A stretch of DNA of 64,000 nt from a virus, in the IMG/VR virus record IMGVR_UViG_3300045988_087149, positions 32,001 through 96,000 of that record, one strand, 5' to 3'. The position numbers and the translations under genes are program-made. Shown in pieces: positions 1-10,443 of this stretch; position 1 is the stretch's first letter, and every line of letters starts with the position of its first letter. Under the pieces are notes generated by a model. That model was not told the origin of the DNA and did not search any database. It saw only the letters and a program-made list of their open reading frames with translations.

Positions 1-50
1 TCCTCATTGCCTAGTCTGCCTAGATAGAAATTGATACGATTTTCTGTCAT
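1..50 (-). CDS. N-terminal fragment of a leftward ORF that leaves the window
   Basis: ATG at 50-48 (MTENRINFYLGRLGNE...). GGAG lies about 10 nt upstream and the frame is open to nt 1. Confidence 0.3.
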   Translation of the reverse strand, partial: MTENRINFYLGRLGNE

Positions 51-51
51 T

Positions 52-477
52 TTAGTTTACTCCTTCTCTAGTTTGTTCTACTTCATTCATTAACTGTTTA
101 ATCATATCATCGAGATCGGACTTATTTGCACCTAGCTCAAGAGATAGCAAGATTTCATCTTTTTTCTGTTGCTTTAATTTATTTCTTTCTCGTATGTCTG
201 CATCAGCTTGACGATATAACGCCGTATCGTAACTTGAAAATTCTGCATGGTGAATACCGTGCTTTGTATGAAAATTAAAATCATCTGGAATATTATATTT
301 AGTTTTGATTTCTGATAGAATAGAATCTGCATATTCCTCAACCATCTTATTAAATTCTGTCAAGGCATCATTCGCTTTGCTACGTTGTTCGTTTAGTAAT
401 TTTTCGCTTTCTGGCTTAGGATAACAAGCGTCAACTGTTTTTTCTACGTATTCACAAATTAGCTTAGTTACTTTCAT
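52..477 (-). CDS. hypothetical phage protein (141 aa)
   Basis: Track ORF packed between the nrdD stop and the next ATG, co-directional. No motif recognised. Confidence 0.6.
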   Translation of the reverse strand: MKVTKLICEYVEKTVDACYPKPESEKLLNEQRSKANDALTEFNKMVEEYADSILSEIKTKYNIPDDFNFHTKHGIHHAEFSSYDTALYRQADADIRERNKLKQQKKDEILLSLELGANKSDLDDMIKQLMNEVEQTREGVN

Positions 478-2703
478 TTAGTCCTCCTTGTTAAATCTTT
501 CATGCTTTACACGCATTTCGACTTCTTGCTGTTTGCCCTTATTAAATGCTGTCTTATAGTCATTAGTAAGATATCCAGTGACACGACGCAGACGCTTAAT
601 ATCCCTACTGTTGCACATTGGGCAAACGTCACCCATCTGGTCACAATAGCCGCAATTCATGCACTGGTCATTTGGCACATTGATAGCAAAGTAAGGAATA
701 TCCTTATCCATGGCATAATTGACAATGCCCTCTAGTGCATCAATGTTATATTTTGCCGCAGCATCTAGCTCAACATATGTGATACAACCGGCGTTGCTAT
801 ATCCTGTCAGTTGAGATTCAATATCAATCTTCTCAAATGGATTAACATTAATCCAAACAGGAACGTGCATCGAATTGGTAAAAAACTCCTTGTCAGAGAC
901 ATTAGGAATCACGCCATACTTTGCCTTAAATTTCTGCATTGATGTATAGCATAGATTCTCAGCAGGAGTCATATATACACCAAAATTGAGGTGGTACTGC
1001 TCCTTGAACTCGGCACATCTTGCCTTGAATAGTTGCTCAATGCGCTTGGCTAATTCCATGCCCTCTGGTTTAGTATGGTCACAACCAATTAGAATCTGTA
1101 GCGTCTCAGCAAGTCCAATCTGTCCAATAACAATCGTACCATGCTTTAGAGCCGAACGGATGCCTTCTTCTGGTACATATCCATACATGACATTATTCTC
1201 ATACATGAATTTAGCCGCTTCTGGGGATTGACTACAAATCCATTCAAATCGCTCTAGTAGCATATCCTTGGCTTCATGGATTTTCTGGTCAAGTAGCTTC
1301 ATGAAATGATTGATAAATTCTTCTTTGGAGTGGTACTCGCCATCGCACAAATCTTCTTGTGCTTCCATAGCCAAAGTGGGCATAATGATAGTTACAGGAC
1401 AAATATTGCCACGACCGTCTTTCATCTGTCCAAATCCGTTAATATCCATACCATTAGCAGTGCGACAACCCATTGTGCTAAAATATGTGCGCGGGTCATT
1501 GACATCATATCCTGCATTATTTGACCAGTCTACGTTGGCATAATTAGGATATAGACGTAGAGACGTGGATTTAAGAGCAAGTCTGAATAGGTCATAGTTT
1601 GGTTCGCCCGGATGACGATTTACGCCATTCATACACTGGAAGATGCCACACGGGAAGATACTGGTACGATGTAGCTTTCCAATACCATTGATTGATACGT
1701 CAAGCAGTGCCTTGGTAACAAGCCGTCCTTCAGGCAATGTGCAAGTACCGTAGTTGATACTAGTGAAAGGTAGTTGATTCCCTGACCGAGATTGTAGCGT
1801 ATTTAGGTTATGATACATGCCTTCAACAGCTTGATAGCATTCCTTAGTAGTCATATCCATCGCATACTGATATGCTCTTGAATCTCTTGACTTATAAAAT
1901 TCAGACTCGATTGGCTCTTCATTTCCTAATGGAGCATGATAGGTAATTTCTTCACCAACACAATATTTCATGCCATCATACCAGTGTTTAGAAAAGCTCT
2001 TTCTCACATAAGGAACCATTGTCCAATCAAGATGTGTAGCGCTTACCCCACCAAACTGCTGTAGGGACTGAAGCTGAAAAATAACTGCTACAAGCTGGAA
2101 TGCAGTGTTAATGCTCTGAGCAGGACGCACATCTGTCTGGCGTGTATTAAACCCATTTGCAAGCAAATCATCAAATGGAATAGACAGACAGTTGTGATTG
2201 CCTACAGCATAGTTGTCTAGGTCATGAATATAGATTTCATTATTTTCATGGTTTGCTCGTGCCATTGGTGAGATAAGATATTCAAGAGCAAACTGCTTCG
2301 TGACAATTCTAGTGGCTTCACCAATGCGCCCACCAAAGCTATGTTCATCTACATTGGCGTTCTGATTCTCAATGTTTTTACCAGACAGCTTTTCGCCAAC
2401 AGCATCCATAAGAGCGGCATACTGACTTCGAGCCATTTCATGTAGATGCTTATATTCTACATAAGCTGTAGCCACCTCTTTATACTTGCTTGCCATGAGC
2501 TTTTTAATAACAATATTCTGAATATCCTCAACAGACATATCGCTATTCTTTTCAGCAACATCATCTGCAATACGCTGTGCAAATGAGGTCATTTCGTCTG
2601 TTAAATTATTAGAATATACGCTATTAAATGCTCGGATAACAGCATTTGCGATTTTACTGCTATCAAATTCTACCTTTCTACCATCACGCTTAATTACAAA
2701 CAA
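478..2703 (-). CDS. nrdD: anaerobic (class III) ribonucleoside-triphosphate reductase
   Basis: 741 aa. N-terminal ATP-cone (MFVIKRDGRKVEFDSSKI), C-terminal Cys cluster CMNCGYC...CPMC, and glycyl-radical motif RRVTGYL. Confidence 0.95.
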   Translation of the reverse strand: MFVIKRDGRKVEFDSSKIANAVIRAFNSVYSNNLTDEMTSFAQRIADDVAEKNSDMSVEDIQNIVIKKLMASKYKEVATAYVEYKHLHEMARSQYAALMDAVGEKLSGKNIENQNANVDEHSFGGRIGEATRIVTKQFALEYLISPMARANHENNEIYIHDLDNYAVGNHNCLSIPFDDLLANGFNTRQTDVRPAQSINTAFQLVAVIFQLQSLQQFGGVSATHLDWTMVPYVRKSFSKHWYDGMKYCVGEEITYHAPLGNEEPIESEFYKSRDSRAYQYAMDMTTKECYQAVEGMYHNLNTLQSRSGNQLPFTSINYGTCTLPEGRLVTKALLDVSINGIGKLHRTSIFPCGIFQCMNGVNRHPGEPNYDLFRLALKSTSLRLYPNYANVDWSNNAGYDVNDPRTYFSTMGCRTANGMDINGFGQMKDGRGNICPVTIIMPTLAMEAQEDLCDGEYHSKEEFINHFMKLLDQKIHEAKDMLLERFEWICSQSPEAAKFMYENNVMYGYVPEEGIRSALKHGTIVIGQIGLAETLQILIGCDHTKPEGMELAKRIEQLFKARCAEFKEQYHLNFGVYMTPAENLCYTSMQKFKAKYGVIPNVSDKEFFTNSMHVPVWINVNPFEKIDIESQLTGYSNAGCITYVELDAAAKYNIDALEGIVNYAMDKDIPYFAINVPNDQCMNCGYCDQMGDVCPMCNSRDIKRLRRVTGYLTNDYKTAFNKGKQQEVEMRVKHERFNKED

Positions 2704-2718
2704 TAAATCGTCCTCCTT

Positions 2719-2898
2719 TTAATTCTCCTTAACATGGATAACAATATTTGGCTTATTGGTATCCATATCAATTACTGTGCCAATGTGGTCAACATCATAT
2801 AGCTGGTTTCCAATGTGGATGCGCACTCTACTTTCAATGTTACAATGATTCATAAGTGACAGTTCAACCATCGAATCAATAGCATCCATTACAAACAT
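2719..2898 (-). CDS. small hypothetical protein (59 aa, below ORF-track cutoff)
   Basis: ATG at 2898 with GGAGG 8 nt upstream. TAA at 2721-2719. Lies between promoter 2920-2948 and nrdD. Confidence 0.4.
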   Translation of the reverse strand: MFVMDAIDSMVELSLMNHCNIESRVRIHIGNQLYDVDHIGTVIDMDTNKPNIVIHVKEN

Positions 2899-2919
2899 TA
2901 CATTACCTCCTTGTCATAT

Positions 2920-2948
2920 ATATTATCACGATTCTGTTGATTTGTCAA
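2920..2948 (-). promoter_or_regulatory. sigma-A/sigma-70-type promoter (leftward)
   Basis: Minus strand cTTGACAAAT (2948-2943), 17 bp, TAATAT (2925-2920). Same extended -35 context as the other early promoters. Confidence 0.55.
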
Positions 2949-3132
2949 GCAATTTCTTTAATCTCTTTAAACATTCTGGACAAAGCCAAAATTTAGCTTT
3001 ACTATCATACGCGATTGCAGAGTTAAACTCATATGCACCGCATACTGAGCATATTCTTGCTGGCGCACCACAAATCTCGCTTACTGGAACAGACGATTTG
3101 AAAGTACATTCTTTTAGTTCATGGTGGTTCAT
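2926..3132 (-). CDS. small zinc-ribbon protein (68 aa)
   Basis: Two CxxC pairs (CSVCG ... CPEC). Overlaps its neighbour by 4 nt. Confidence 0.55.
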   Translation of the reverse strand: MNHHELKECTFKSSVPVSEICGAPARICSVCGAYEFNSAIAYDSKAKFWLCPECLKRLKKLLDKSTES

Positions 3133-3482
3133 TTTTCATCCTCCTTCTCCATCAATTTATTCACAGCATCAACAAGTTCGTTGATTTTATTCAAAATATC
3201 GTCGCTTACTGTTCGCACAAGATGATTGTCCGATTTGATTGCATTGGCAAAAATATGCCTGTTGCAATCACTGATTGGCTCAATCTTCTTCTTTTCTTTC
3301 TTAGTGAAATCATATGCACCAATACGAACAAAATATCTATCTTCTTGTGGCAAATAATAGCCACAGCTATTATTGTTCTTATCGACAATTACAATATAGT
3401 TATTATCTTTAATGTCAGAAATCCAACCAACAAAGCCACCTACTGTCTCAACATAATCTCCTACATGAAATTCATAATTCAT
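3129..3482 (-). CDS. hypothetical phage protein (117 aa)
   Basis: Track ORF; abuts the upstream gene and overlaps the downstream gene by 4 nt. Confidence 0.6.
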   Translation of the reverse strand: MNYEFHVGDYVETVGGFVGWISDIKDNNYIVIVDKNNNSCGYYLPQEDRYFVRIGAYDFTKKEKKKIEPISDCNRHIFANAIKSDNHLVRTVSDDILNKINELVDAVNKLMEKEDEK

Positions 3483-3803
3483 TTAGTCATCGTCCTCCTT
3501 TTCACATCTTTCACCAAGACCACCTAAAATCATAGCATAAATTTCTAAGAATTTATTGGTAATACCAGTGGTAATATTAGCCATATTAGCCATTGTTCCA
3601 TCATCTTTTGACCAATCCCAACCATGCCATGCACATTCACTCTGCCAGTAATCAAGATAGAAAATCTTGTCATCATATAGCTTTTCGATGATTGGCTTTA
3701 GATCAAGTAGATTATCTCGCACACCTGTCATAGTAACAGGCTTATAACCATTATCGTCAATCAGCTTGTTAATTTTGTCAGCAGAATAAGCAAATGGGTT
3801 CAT
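3483..3803 (-). CDS. hypothetical phage protein (106 aa)
   Basis: Track ORF; 4-nt overlap with the helicase gene stop. Confidence 0.6.
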   Translation of the reverse strand: MNPFAYSADKINKLIDDNGYKPVTMTGVRDNLLDLKPIIEKLYDDKIFYLDYWQSECAWHGWDWSKDDGTMANMANITTGITNKFLEIYAMILGGLGERCEKEDDD

Positions 3804-5953
3804 TTAATTAACATCTCCTTTAATTCAGTTAATCTATTTTTCTCCTCTTGCACCTTTAATCCCTCTTGAATAGCCGCCTCATCTCCAATCAATATTAGTC
3901 GCTCTTGTGCGCGTGATACCGCTGTATAGCACAAATTACGGCTTAGCATCTTCACATGGCTTCTATCAATCACCACAATTACAGCCTTTGCTTGGCTACC
4001 TTGGCAGCTATGAATAGAAATTGCATATGCCAGCAACGTGTTTTTGATATGCGCCTTGTCAACGATGCAATCGCCGCAATCATATCGCACAATCATATAT
4101 GGCTCTTTTTCATCAGGCACAATTTCCATCACTGTGCCAATATCACCATTTGCTACAAAAGCCGTATTATCATCAACAAGCGGCATAGCATAGTCATTCT
4201 TTTTATTGATTACCTTATCGCCCACCTTGAAATAGATAGGCGTATCATTGACAGTATGCCCAACCTTGCTTAATTCATTTGAATTGAATTTGGCTTGAAT
4301 CGCCGCATTGATAGCCAATGAGCCAACATCGCCCTTATTGAATGGTGATAGAATCAGCACATTATCCTTACTATATCCATCTGCTAATAGCCGCGCATAC
4401 TCTTGTTCAATTTGCTTGATTACTAATGTATCAGTTTCAACGAACTTATAATCTGTGAAAGTATCTGTAAGATGGTCATTTACTCCATTTCGTACATCAG
4501 TAGCTATGGTAATAATGCCAGATGTGTTATATCTGAACACCTTAGTCAAGTTACATACAGGAACGATGCCGCTATCAAGCATATCTTCAACAATGTTGCC
4601 ACAAGCAATAGATGCAAGCTGAGATGGGTCGGCTATGAAGATAATCTTTGTGCGATCAGTTACTTGGTCAAATAACATTGATAGCAAATGGACGCTAACC
4701 ATGCCCATCTCATCAATTAGCACATAATCGCCTAGATTATCGCCACAAGTCAAGAACATATGAATCGTGCTTGCTTCACGACCCGTTGCTTCTCTTAGTC
4801 TCTTTGCCGCAATTCCAGTTGGGGATAAGAGGGTATAAGTATAATTATTGGCTTCTAGCATCTCAATGATTGCCTTGGTTGTAGCCGATTTGCCCGACCC
4901 GGCGCTCCCCGTTAACATCATTACATCCTGCTTACAAGCCATCTCAAGAATCTGCGCTTGTTCATCAGTCAGCTCTAAGCCGTCTACATTTGTAAACTTC
5001 TGCCAATCCATAGGATAATAATGTGGATTGGCTATTTTTTTCTTGATAACATCAGCAATATGCTGTTCAGCACTATATGTGGCTTGTAGAGACGTATTTT
5101 GGCTAGACGCGTCATAGTGTACTTGTGCCGCTTTCGTCACAACATCGAGGAGATGATGGACGCATTGAGGGGCTTTGCGCTTGACCATATCAAACAGCAT
5201 TTTGGCTTGCATCCTTGTATTGCCGTCTAGCTCATTATGCTTTAGGGCAGATATAGTAGCCGCCTCACATCGTTCATAGCTATCTAGCCATTGACACGTC
5301 TTTTTGGTTATGGCTCTATCAGCCCTATCAAATGACCACTCAAGCAAGTTAATCATAACAGCATATGGATTGGCGTTTATATCCTTGCTAAACCCATATA
5401 CATTTTTATATGTCGCGGCGATTTTGTTTATGTCCTCATCATGCTCAATGCCCCAAGCATATGTTTCGCCCATAAATTCAACACGCTTATTGATTGTCTT
5501 GATTTTATCAATATATCGGGGCAATAGCACTTTGCCTACGCCACGAATTTTTTTATAGTCCAGCTTGTCGGCTTCACCATTTAGCACCATACTGACAAAA
5601 TGAGAATATGCGGCATGACATGATTCAGCTTGCCCATTGGTCATTAAGCTGCGTAATGTCTGCAATTCTGCTTTTTCTGTCAGGTTGAATTTTCCATCTT
5701 TAGCTACAAATCCAGCAAAGCCAATGAATTTATAGCTATATTTGTATTTATCATCCACACATGGCTCTATGATACAATCAATAGATTGCCCCATTTTCAG
5801 ATCGGCAATACCAGTTCCTTTTAGGCTGATTGTACCATATTTAGGATGGGTTTCTATTGTTTCGTCCTTAGTGCTGCATGATATAATCGAGAAATTGGAT
5901 TCAGGATTATTGAATATCATGCGCATTGGGGTTAATTTTACTGTTTGCATCAA
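3800..5953 (-). CDS. RecD-like SF1 DNA helicase / exonuclease V alpha-type ATPase
   Basis: 717 aa. Walker A LTGSAGSGKSATTK, Walker B VLIDEMGMV, and C-terminal SIHSCQGSQAKAVIVVI helicase motif. Confidence 0.85.
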   Translation of the reverse strand: MMQTVKLTPMRMIFNNPESNFSIISCSTKDETIETHPKYGTISLKGTGIADLKMGQSIDCIIEPCVDDKYKYSYKFIGFAGFVAKDGKFNLTEKAELQTLRSLMTNGQAESCHAAYSHFVSMVLNGEADKLDYKKIRGVGKVLLPRYIDKIKTINKRVEFMGETYAWGIEHDEDINKIAATYKNVYGFSKDINANPYAVMINLLEWSFDRADRAITKKTCQWLDSYERCEAATISALKHNELDGNTRMQAKMLFDMVKRKAPQCVHHLLDVVTKAAQVHYDASSQNTSLQATYSAEQHIADVIKKKIANPHYYPMDWQKFTNVDGLELTDEQAQILEMACKQDVMMLTGSAGSGKSATTKAIIEMLEANNYTYTLLSPTGIAAKRLREATGREASTIHMFLTCGDNLGDYVLIDEMGMVSVHLLSMLFDQVTDRTKIIFIADPSQLASIACGNIVEDMLDSGIVPVCNLTKVFRYNTSGIITIATDVRNGVNDHLTDTFTDYKFVETDTLVIKQIEQEYARLLADGYSKDNVLILSPFNKGDVGSLAINAAIQAKFNSNELSKVGHTVNDTPIYFKVGDKVINKKNDYAMPLVDDNTAFVANGDIGTVMEIVPDEKEPYMIVRYDCGDCIVDKAHIKNTLLAYAISIHSCQGSQAKAVIVVIDRSHVKMLSRNLCYTAVSRAQERLILIGDEAAIQEGLKVQEEKNRLTELKEMLIK

Positions 5954-6210
5954 TCCTGTTCCTCAACGAGCAGTTGTTCCCATCTATCAATAATAATCTC
6001 TATCAGCTTAGTTGCACCAAATGCTGGTTCCCAGCCCTCATTATACATTGCTTCAAACCCAGTGCAATCGACAAATGTAATCCAACGATATTTGCTTGTT
6101 GCCACCTTAAATTCACTACTACCTGTTACGCTTACATTTGCTTTTAGCAAGCTATTACAGATATAACATACAGCATCAAGCCATGCCTCATAGGTCAATA
6201 CGTCTTGCAT
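5950..6210 (-). CDS. hypothetical phage protein (86 aa)
   Basis: Track ORF. Start abuts the stop of the upstream ORF, and the stop overlaps the helicase start. Confidence 0.55.
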   Translation of the reverse strand: MQDVLTYEAWLDAVCYICNSLLKANVSVTGSSEFKVATSKYRWITFVDCTGFEAMYNEGWEPAFGATKLIEIIIDRWEQLLVEEQD

Positions 6211-6459
6211 TTATGATTCCCTCCAAGCGTCATAGATTTCAATGGCCGGTTCATAGCCTTCAGTGCTGATAATAAGCTCCTGATGAAGGTCGAGACTCAA
6301 ATTGACAAGTTGCTTCAAAGAATTGATATGAATATACGTTCTGATATTTCTGCACTTATCTTGCTTTTCATCCAATTCATATTCATTGAGCACGGGATAA
6401 TTCTTTCTAAGATCATTAAGCGTGGGATAAGATTCAGTTTGATGAATCCAGATTTTCAT
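6211..6459 (-). CDS. hypothetical phage protein (82 aa)
   Basis: First ORF after promoter 6493-6521, with AGGAGG upstream. Confidence 0.55.
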   Translation of the reverse strand: MKIWIHQTESYPTLNDLRKNYPVLNEYELDEKQDKCRNIRTYIHINSLKQLVNLSLDLHQELIISTEGYEPAIEIYDAWRES

Positions 6460-6492
6460 AATTAAAACAACCTCCTGTTCTTTGATAAATCA

Positions 6493-6521
6493 AGTATATC
6501 ATAGAATTAGGAGGTTGTCAA
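6493..6521 (-). promoter_or_regulatory. sigma-A-type promoter (leftward)
   Basis: TTGACA (6521-6516), 17 bp, TATACT (6498-6493). Intergenic, with an A-rich upstream tract. Confidence 0.65.
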
Positions 6522-6541
6522 TACCCTATTTTAATTATTTT

Positions 6542-7360
6542 TTATTTCCAATTCGTGCCAATTTTCCCGTCTGGATGAATGATAATATTTGAATATCCGT
6601 CTCCATATTCGTTGTGTCGTTGTTGCCACATATCACCTAATGTAACCCTTGCGTGTTTTCCATTATAGTCAAATGTTGCATATACAAAGAAATCACCAAT
6701 GCGGAACGTATGTATGTCAATATCGTCATCGTTTTGTAAGTCGTTCCAAATCTCTATTGGATAATCTTTCTTTTCCAAGCCACTTAGGAAACGGAATGAG
6801 AAATTATTTGCATCCATTTTCATATATTCTTTGATACTTGTAATTGTTGGGTTGTCCATTATAGTCTGCACTGTGCATCCGGGGAATTTTGATGGGTTGC
6901 TTGACACATAATCATTTCGAGATAGGTTGATATGCGCCAGTCCGTTCAAATCAGCATTAAATCCAGCGGTGTTAATCGAACAAAATGTATTATTGCTATT
7001 TTCGGCATATATTTTTACTACATTTTCAATGTGTTCTGGGTAAAGACCGGGTTCGCCACCAGTTATTGTCAATCTTGCATTGGGATGTTCTGCTAATACT
7101 TGTTTTAGCGCTTCGATTTGCGCATTAAAATCATTGTTCCCAGACATTGGATTTTGTCGCTCTAAACAAAACGGGCAATGGAACGGACATTCTTGCGTTA
7201 CAATCATTTGGACGTTGATTCGATAATATAGCGGGATTCCCAGTAATGTACGCGCAGTTCTAGTTGCAATCCGATATTGTAAATCATCGTTCATTTCAGT
7301 TCTGATGTCATCATAAGAAAATATGCGCGGAATATAGCTTAATTTTCTACTCATATACAA
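6542..7360 (-). CDS. radical SAM enzyme (activase-like; NrdG-type or other)
   Basis: 272 aa. CPFHCPFC = CxxxCxxC cluster followed by ITGGEPGLY. No other NrdG candidate is in the window. Confidence 0.75.
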   Translation of the reverse strand: MYMSRKLSYIPRIFSYDDIRTEMNDDLQYRIATRTARTLLGIPLYYRINVQMIVTQECPFHCPFCLERQNPMSGNNDFNAQIEALKQVLAEHPNARLTITGGEPGLYPEHIENVVKIYAENSNNTFCSINTAGFNADLNGLAHINLSRNDYVSSNPSKFPGCTVQTIMDNPTITSIKEYMKMDANNFSFRFLSGLEKKDYPIEIWNDLQNDDDIDIHTFRIGDFFVYATFDYNGKHARVTLGDMWQQRHNEYGDGYSNIIIHPDGKIGTNWK

Positions 7361-7398
7361 TCACCACTTTCATAATTTAGTATTTTCCTCTTGATTGT

Positions 7399-7427
7399 AT
7401 TATATCACATATTGTTCTGTCTGTCAA
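7399..7427 (-). promoter_or_regulatory. sigma-A-type promoter (leftward)
   Basis: TTGACA (7427-7422), 17 bp, TATAAT (7404-7399). Overlaps the 3' end of the 63-aa ORF and precedes the radical SAM gene. Confidence 0.6.
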
Positions 7428-7596
7428 TCATTTTCTTTAATTCTGCAAACAGCTCTTTACCACAAATAGGGCAAGTAGAATTTATGTCAACTATATATTT
7501 TTCATCTACCATTAAGCCGCAATTTGGGCATTTGACAGGAGCATATTTTAGGGGATGCTCAGTCCGTTTGCGACGATTTCTTTCTGCTCTGCTCAA
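7405..7596 (-). CDS. small zinc-ribbon protein (63 aa), UUG start
   Basis: CPNCG ... CPICG. The start codon is TTG, with AAGGAG/AAGGAAG upstream. Overlaps the end of the upstream gene by 38 nt. Confidence 0.4.
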   Translation of the reverse strand: MSRAERNRRKRTEHPLKYAPVKCPNCGLMVDEKYIVDINSTCPICGKELFAELKKMIDRQNNM

Positions 7597-8656
7597 TTTC
7601 TTCCTTCTCCTTATATTTTACTCTATATTCATCTCGTTTGGCTTCATCGCCATCATTCCACCATTTGACATTAATATAGTCTAACACTTTAGCCATGCCA
7701 AGTCCTTTATCAGGAATCCACATACCAGAATCATCATATTTGCCACCACGCATACAGTAGTCGTAGAGTTGAGGGTGGGTATGAGCTAATGTTTGAAATT
7801 TGTTAGGCTCTTTTTCAAGGTGACAACCGAACCCACAAAAGATACAACCTGTACGCTTTTGTTTGGTTGTAGTATATACACCATCCTTTTCTACAATATC
7901 ACCATAGATTTCTTTGACATAGGGGATATTATATTTGACGATATAATGTAATATATCTGATTTAGTCCAAAACGATAATGGATTGCTGGTTGGTCTATCC
8001 TTGTCAAATGCGTTACAACCAAACTTGAGCCAATTCGATTCACGTTGAGCGCTCTCGTCTGTCATAGTGCCGATAAATGGATGTAAACCAGTTTCATGCT
8101 CAAATCGTTTTGATGGATTTTTCTTCATTATATCGCAACATTTATCACTTACTGGAATATAACAAGATGGCTCGATAAACTTGAGCCATTTTTTAGAGAT
8201 TTTCCCACGGTTATATTTGTTCCCATTAAGCCGAATTTGCTTTAACCGTTCGCTTTTAGCTGTTCTATATTCTTGAATAAATGCAGCTTGCTCTTTACTG
8301 ATAATGGGATAACCATATTTTTCAATGACCTTAGCAAATGATACATGATGCCATATCTTCATTTTTCTATCGTAGAGCGCTGGCTTTAATACAATAACAT
8401 TTGGCTTATCCATGATGAAATCGCGTAATTCAGGATATTCAAGCCCTGTATCGCAATAGACATCTGGAACATCTGGATATAATGAATGAACAAGATGACT
8501 AAGGACGGTAGAATCAACACCACCTGAGTTTGAAATATATACATCTCCGTTCCAATGCTCATACCATTCTTTGATTCGTTGTTTAGACGCAATAATCTTT
8601 GCCTCTAGCGGCAATGCTTGCTTTTGTCGCAAATCGCCAATGGTCATTTTACTCAT
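7559..8656 (-). CDS. PAPS-reductase-like PP-loop ATPase with C-terminal Cys cluster (DUF3440-type)
   Basis: 365 aa. PP-loop SNSGGVDSTV and C-terminal CIFCGFGCH. Family assignment is from memory of phage PAPS-reductase homologues. Confidence 0.75.
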   Translation of the reverse strand: MSKMTIGDLRQKQALPLEAKIIASKQRIKEWYEHWNGDVYISNSGGVDSTVLSHLVHSLYPDVPDVYCDTGLEYPELRDFIMDKPNVIVLKPALYDRKMKIWHHVSFAKVIEKYGYPIISKEQAAFIQEYRTAKSERLKQIRLNGNKYNRGKISKKWLKFIEPSCYIPVSDKCCDIMKKNPSKRFEHETGLHPFIGTMTDESAQRESNWLKFGCNAFDKDRPTSNPLSFWTKSDILHYIVKYNIPYVKEIYGDIVEKDGVYTTTKQKRTGCIFCGFGCHLEKEPNKFQTLAHTHPQLYDYCMRGGKYDDSGMWIPDKGLGMAKVLDYINVKWWNDGDEAKRDEYRVKYKEKEEIEQSRKKSSQTD

Positions 8657-8662
8657 TTAGAC

Positions 8663-8788
8663 TCATCCCCTCCAACCCCAGCCATCCAAACTATTTGCCA
8701 TACAAGCAATAGCAGCTACTACGAATAGCGCCCATCTGTTGCTATAACCACGCAGAATCAGTGTGTATAGCACAACAGATGTAACCAT
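8663..8788 (-). CDS. possible 41-aa membrane peptide
   Basis: ATG at 8788. Hydrophobic MVTSVVLYTLIL...FVVAAIACM. Weak SD, and below the track cutoff. Confidence 0.25.
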   Translation of the reverse strand: MVTSVVLYTLILRGYSNRWALFVVAAIACMANSLDGWGWRG

Positions 8789-8820
8789 ACTAATCGCTTT
8801 AGTCCATTTTCTCAGATTAC

Positions 8821-10443
8821 TCAATTAAAATATTCGCTCCAATCAATTTCATTTTCTTTCTTATCAATAATCTCATATCGCTCAATAATAGCTTGAGGTT
8901 TAATCTGTCCATTATATTCATTTAATCCAAGTGATACTACCACCTCTATGGATTTACCTTGAGATGATTCAAATTGGCTTGCTTCTTCATTACTAACAAA
9001 GAATTTGATGAACTCAATGCCGTCCTGAATCAGTTTAACAGTAGTTGAGCGATTACGATAAATATAGATTTGAGGGGATGACAGGACTAGATGGAATAAC
9101 GGCTTGTTTACATCCTTGCCCCATAGAATATTATTTTCCACACACACATTTGCAAGATTGTGTGTGATATTATTAGGCTCGATTTGAGCCGCTACCTCAA
9201 TATCTGGCTCTACATCCAAATCAAGCCCATCTAAAAATCGTGCAAATCGCTTGAGGTTTGATTTCTTGACGGTGATACCGGCTGCGGCATCATGCCCTTG
9301 GCATTTAGCCAATCCTGATTCATTGATAATCTCAAGCAAATCAATAGGACTACGCATCGAGCCAGACCATGTTGTGCTGTTTAGCTCTCTCAGCAGGAAT
9401 GTGGGCTTATTATATTTACCACAGAATTTATTGGCTACAAGCCCTAAATAGGATTTATTCTCAGGTTCACCAAAACCGATAATGACCTTATGAGACGTGT
9501 CAAGCCCATCTGACAACTTATCTACGACCTTCTTGACCTGATAATCCTGCTTGGACTTTACAGCTTTCATAGCCTTCACAGCGGCTTCTGGCTCAATCTT
9601 GCCAATTAGAGCATCAAAGAATAAGCGCTTAGTGGACTGGTCATCACTACGAGCCAGCGCATTAGCAAGTGGTGCAATGCCAAATGCTACACCTTCTGGA
9701 TTAACGCCGCGATTGCAACAATGCTCTAAGCAGTATTTGATAAATGGATTAGTTGGATTGGTCAAGCCATCATATACATATTTACGATTCTCAGGTGAAT
9801 GTAAGCTGCAAATATCAGATATCAAGCTAACAGCTACTAGGTCTTTGAAGGATTGATTTGAGCCAAGCGCACAAGCAAATTTTTCTACAACGCCTGTGCC
9901 GCTAATGTCTGTATTGATATTTGGCGCATTATCAGCTCGATATGGATTGATTACAACAGCGTGTTTATTCTCTTGTTCGATGATGTGATGGTCAAGAACT
10001 AAACAGGTGCATTTATACTGTTCAAGCTCTAAACAAGCGTCGTTCTCGTTAGAGCTTGAATCGGGCAAGATGAGAAAATCAATGTGAGCATCAATAATAT
10101 CTTGCATTAAGTCCTGAATCCCGTGTTGTTTTCCAGAATGGAATAGTACAATCGGCTCTTTCTTTTCAAATTCCTTACATAGCAAATATGCGATTGCCGC
10201 TGATAAGTTGCCATCCCCATCAGAATCGGTAACAATACCAATCTGAATATTATCATTAGCATACTTGAACATATCAACAGCTACATCCATATTCTTATAC
10301 ATCTCAGGCGATTGATATTCAATACTCTCAGGATTTAGATATGCGTCAACATCGGCTATGCTACAAGCAGATAAATATTCCCTTAAAAATGTGGCTTCAT
10401 TAATGGAGCCAAGTAGTGAATGAATCTTAATCTAAATCACCAT
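8821..10443 (-). CDS. RecJ-like DHH-family single-strand exonuclease (start unresolved)
   Basis: DHH motifs VTDSDGDG, LVLDHH and GHDAAAG. The frame stays open and RecJ-like (YLNPESIEYQSPEMYKNMDVAV) for 43 codons upstream of track ATG 10302, with no ATG/GTG/TTG. The upstream limit is TAG 10434-10432, preceded by ATG-GTG-ATT. Confidence 0.8.
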
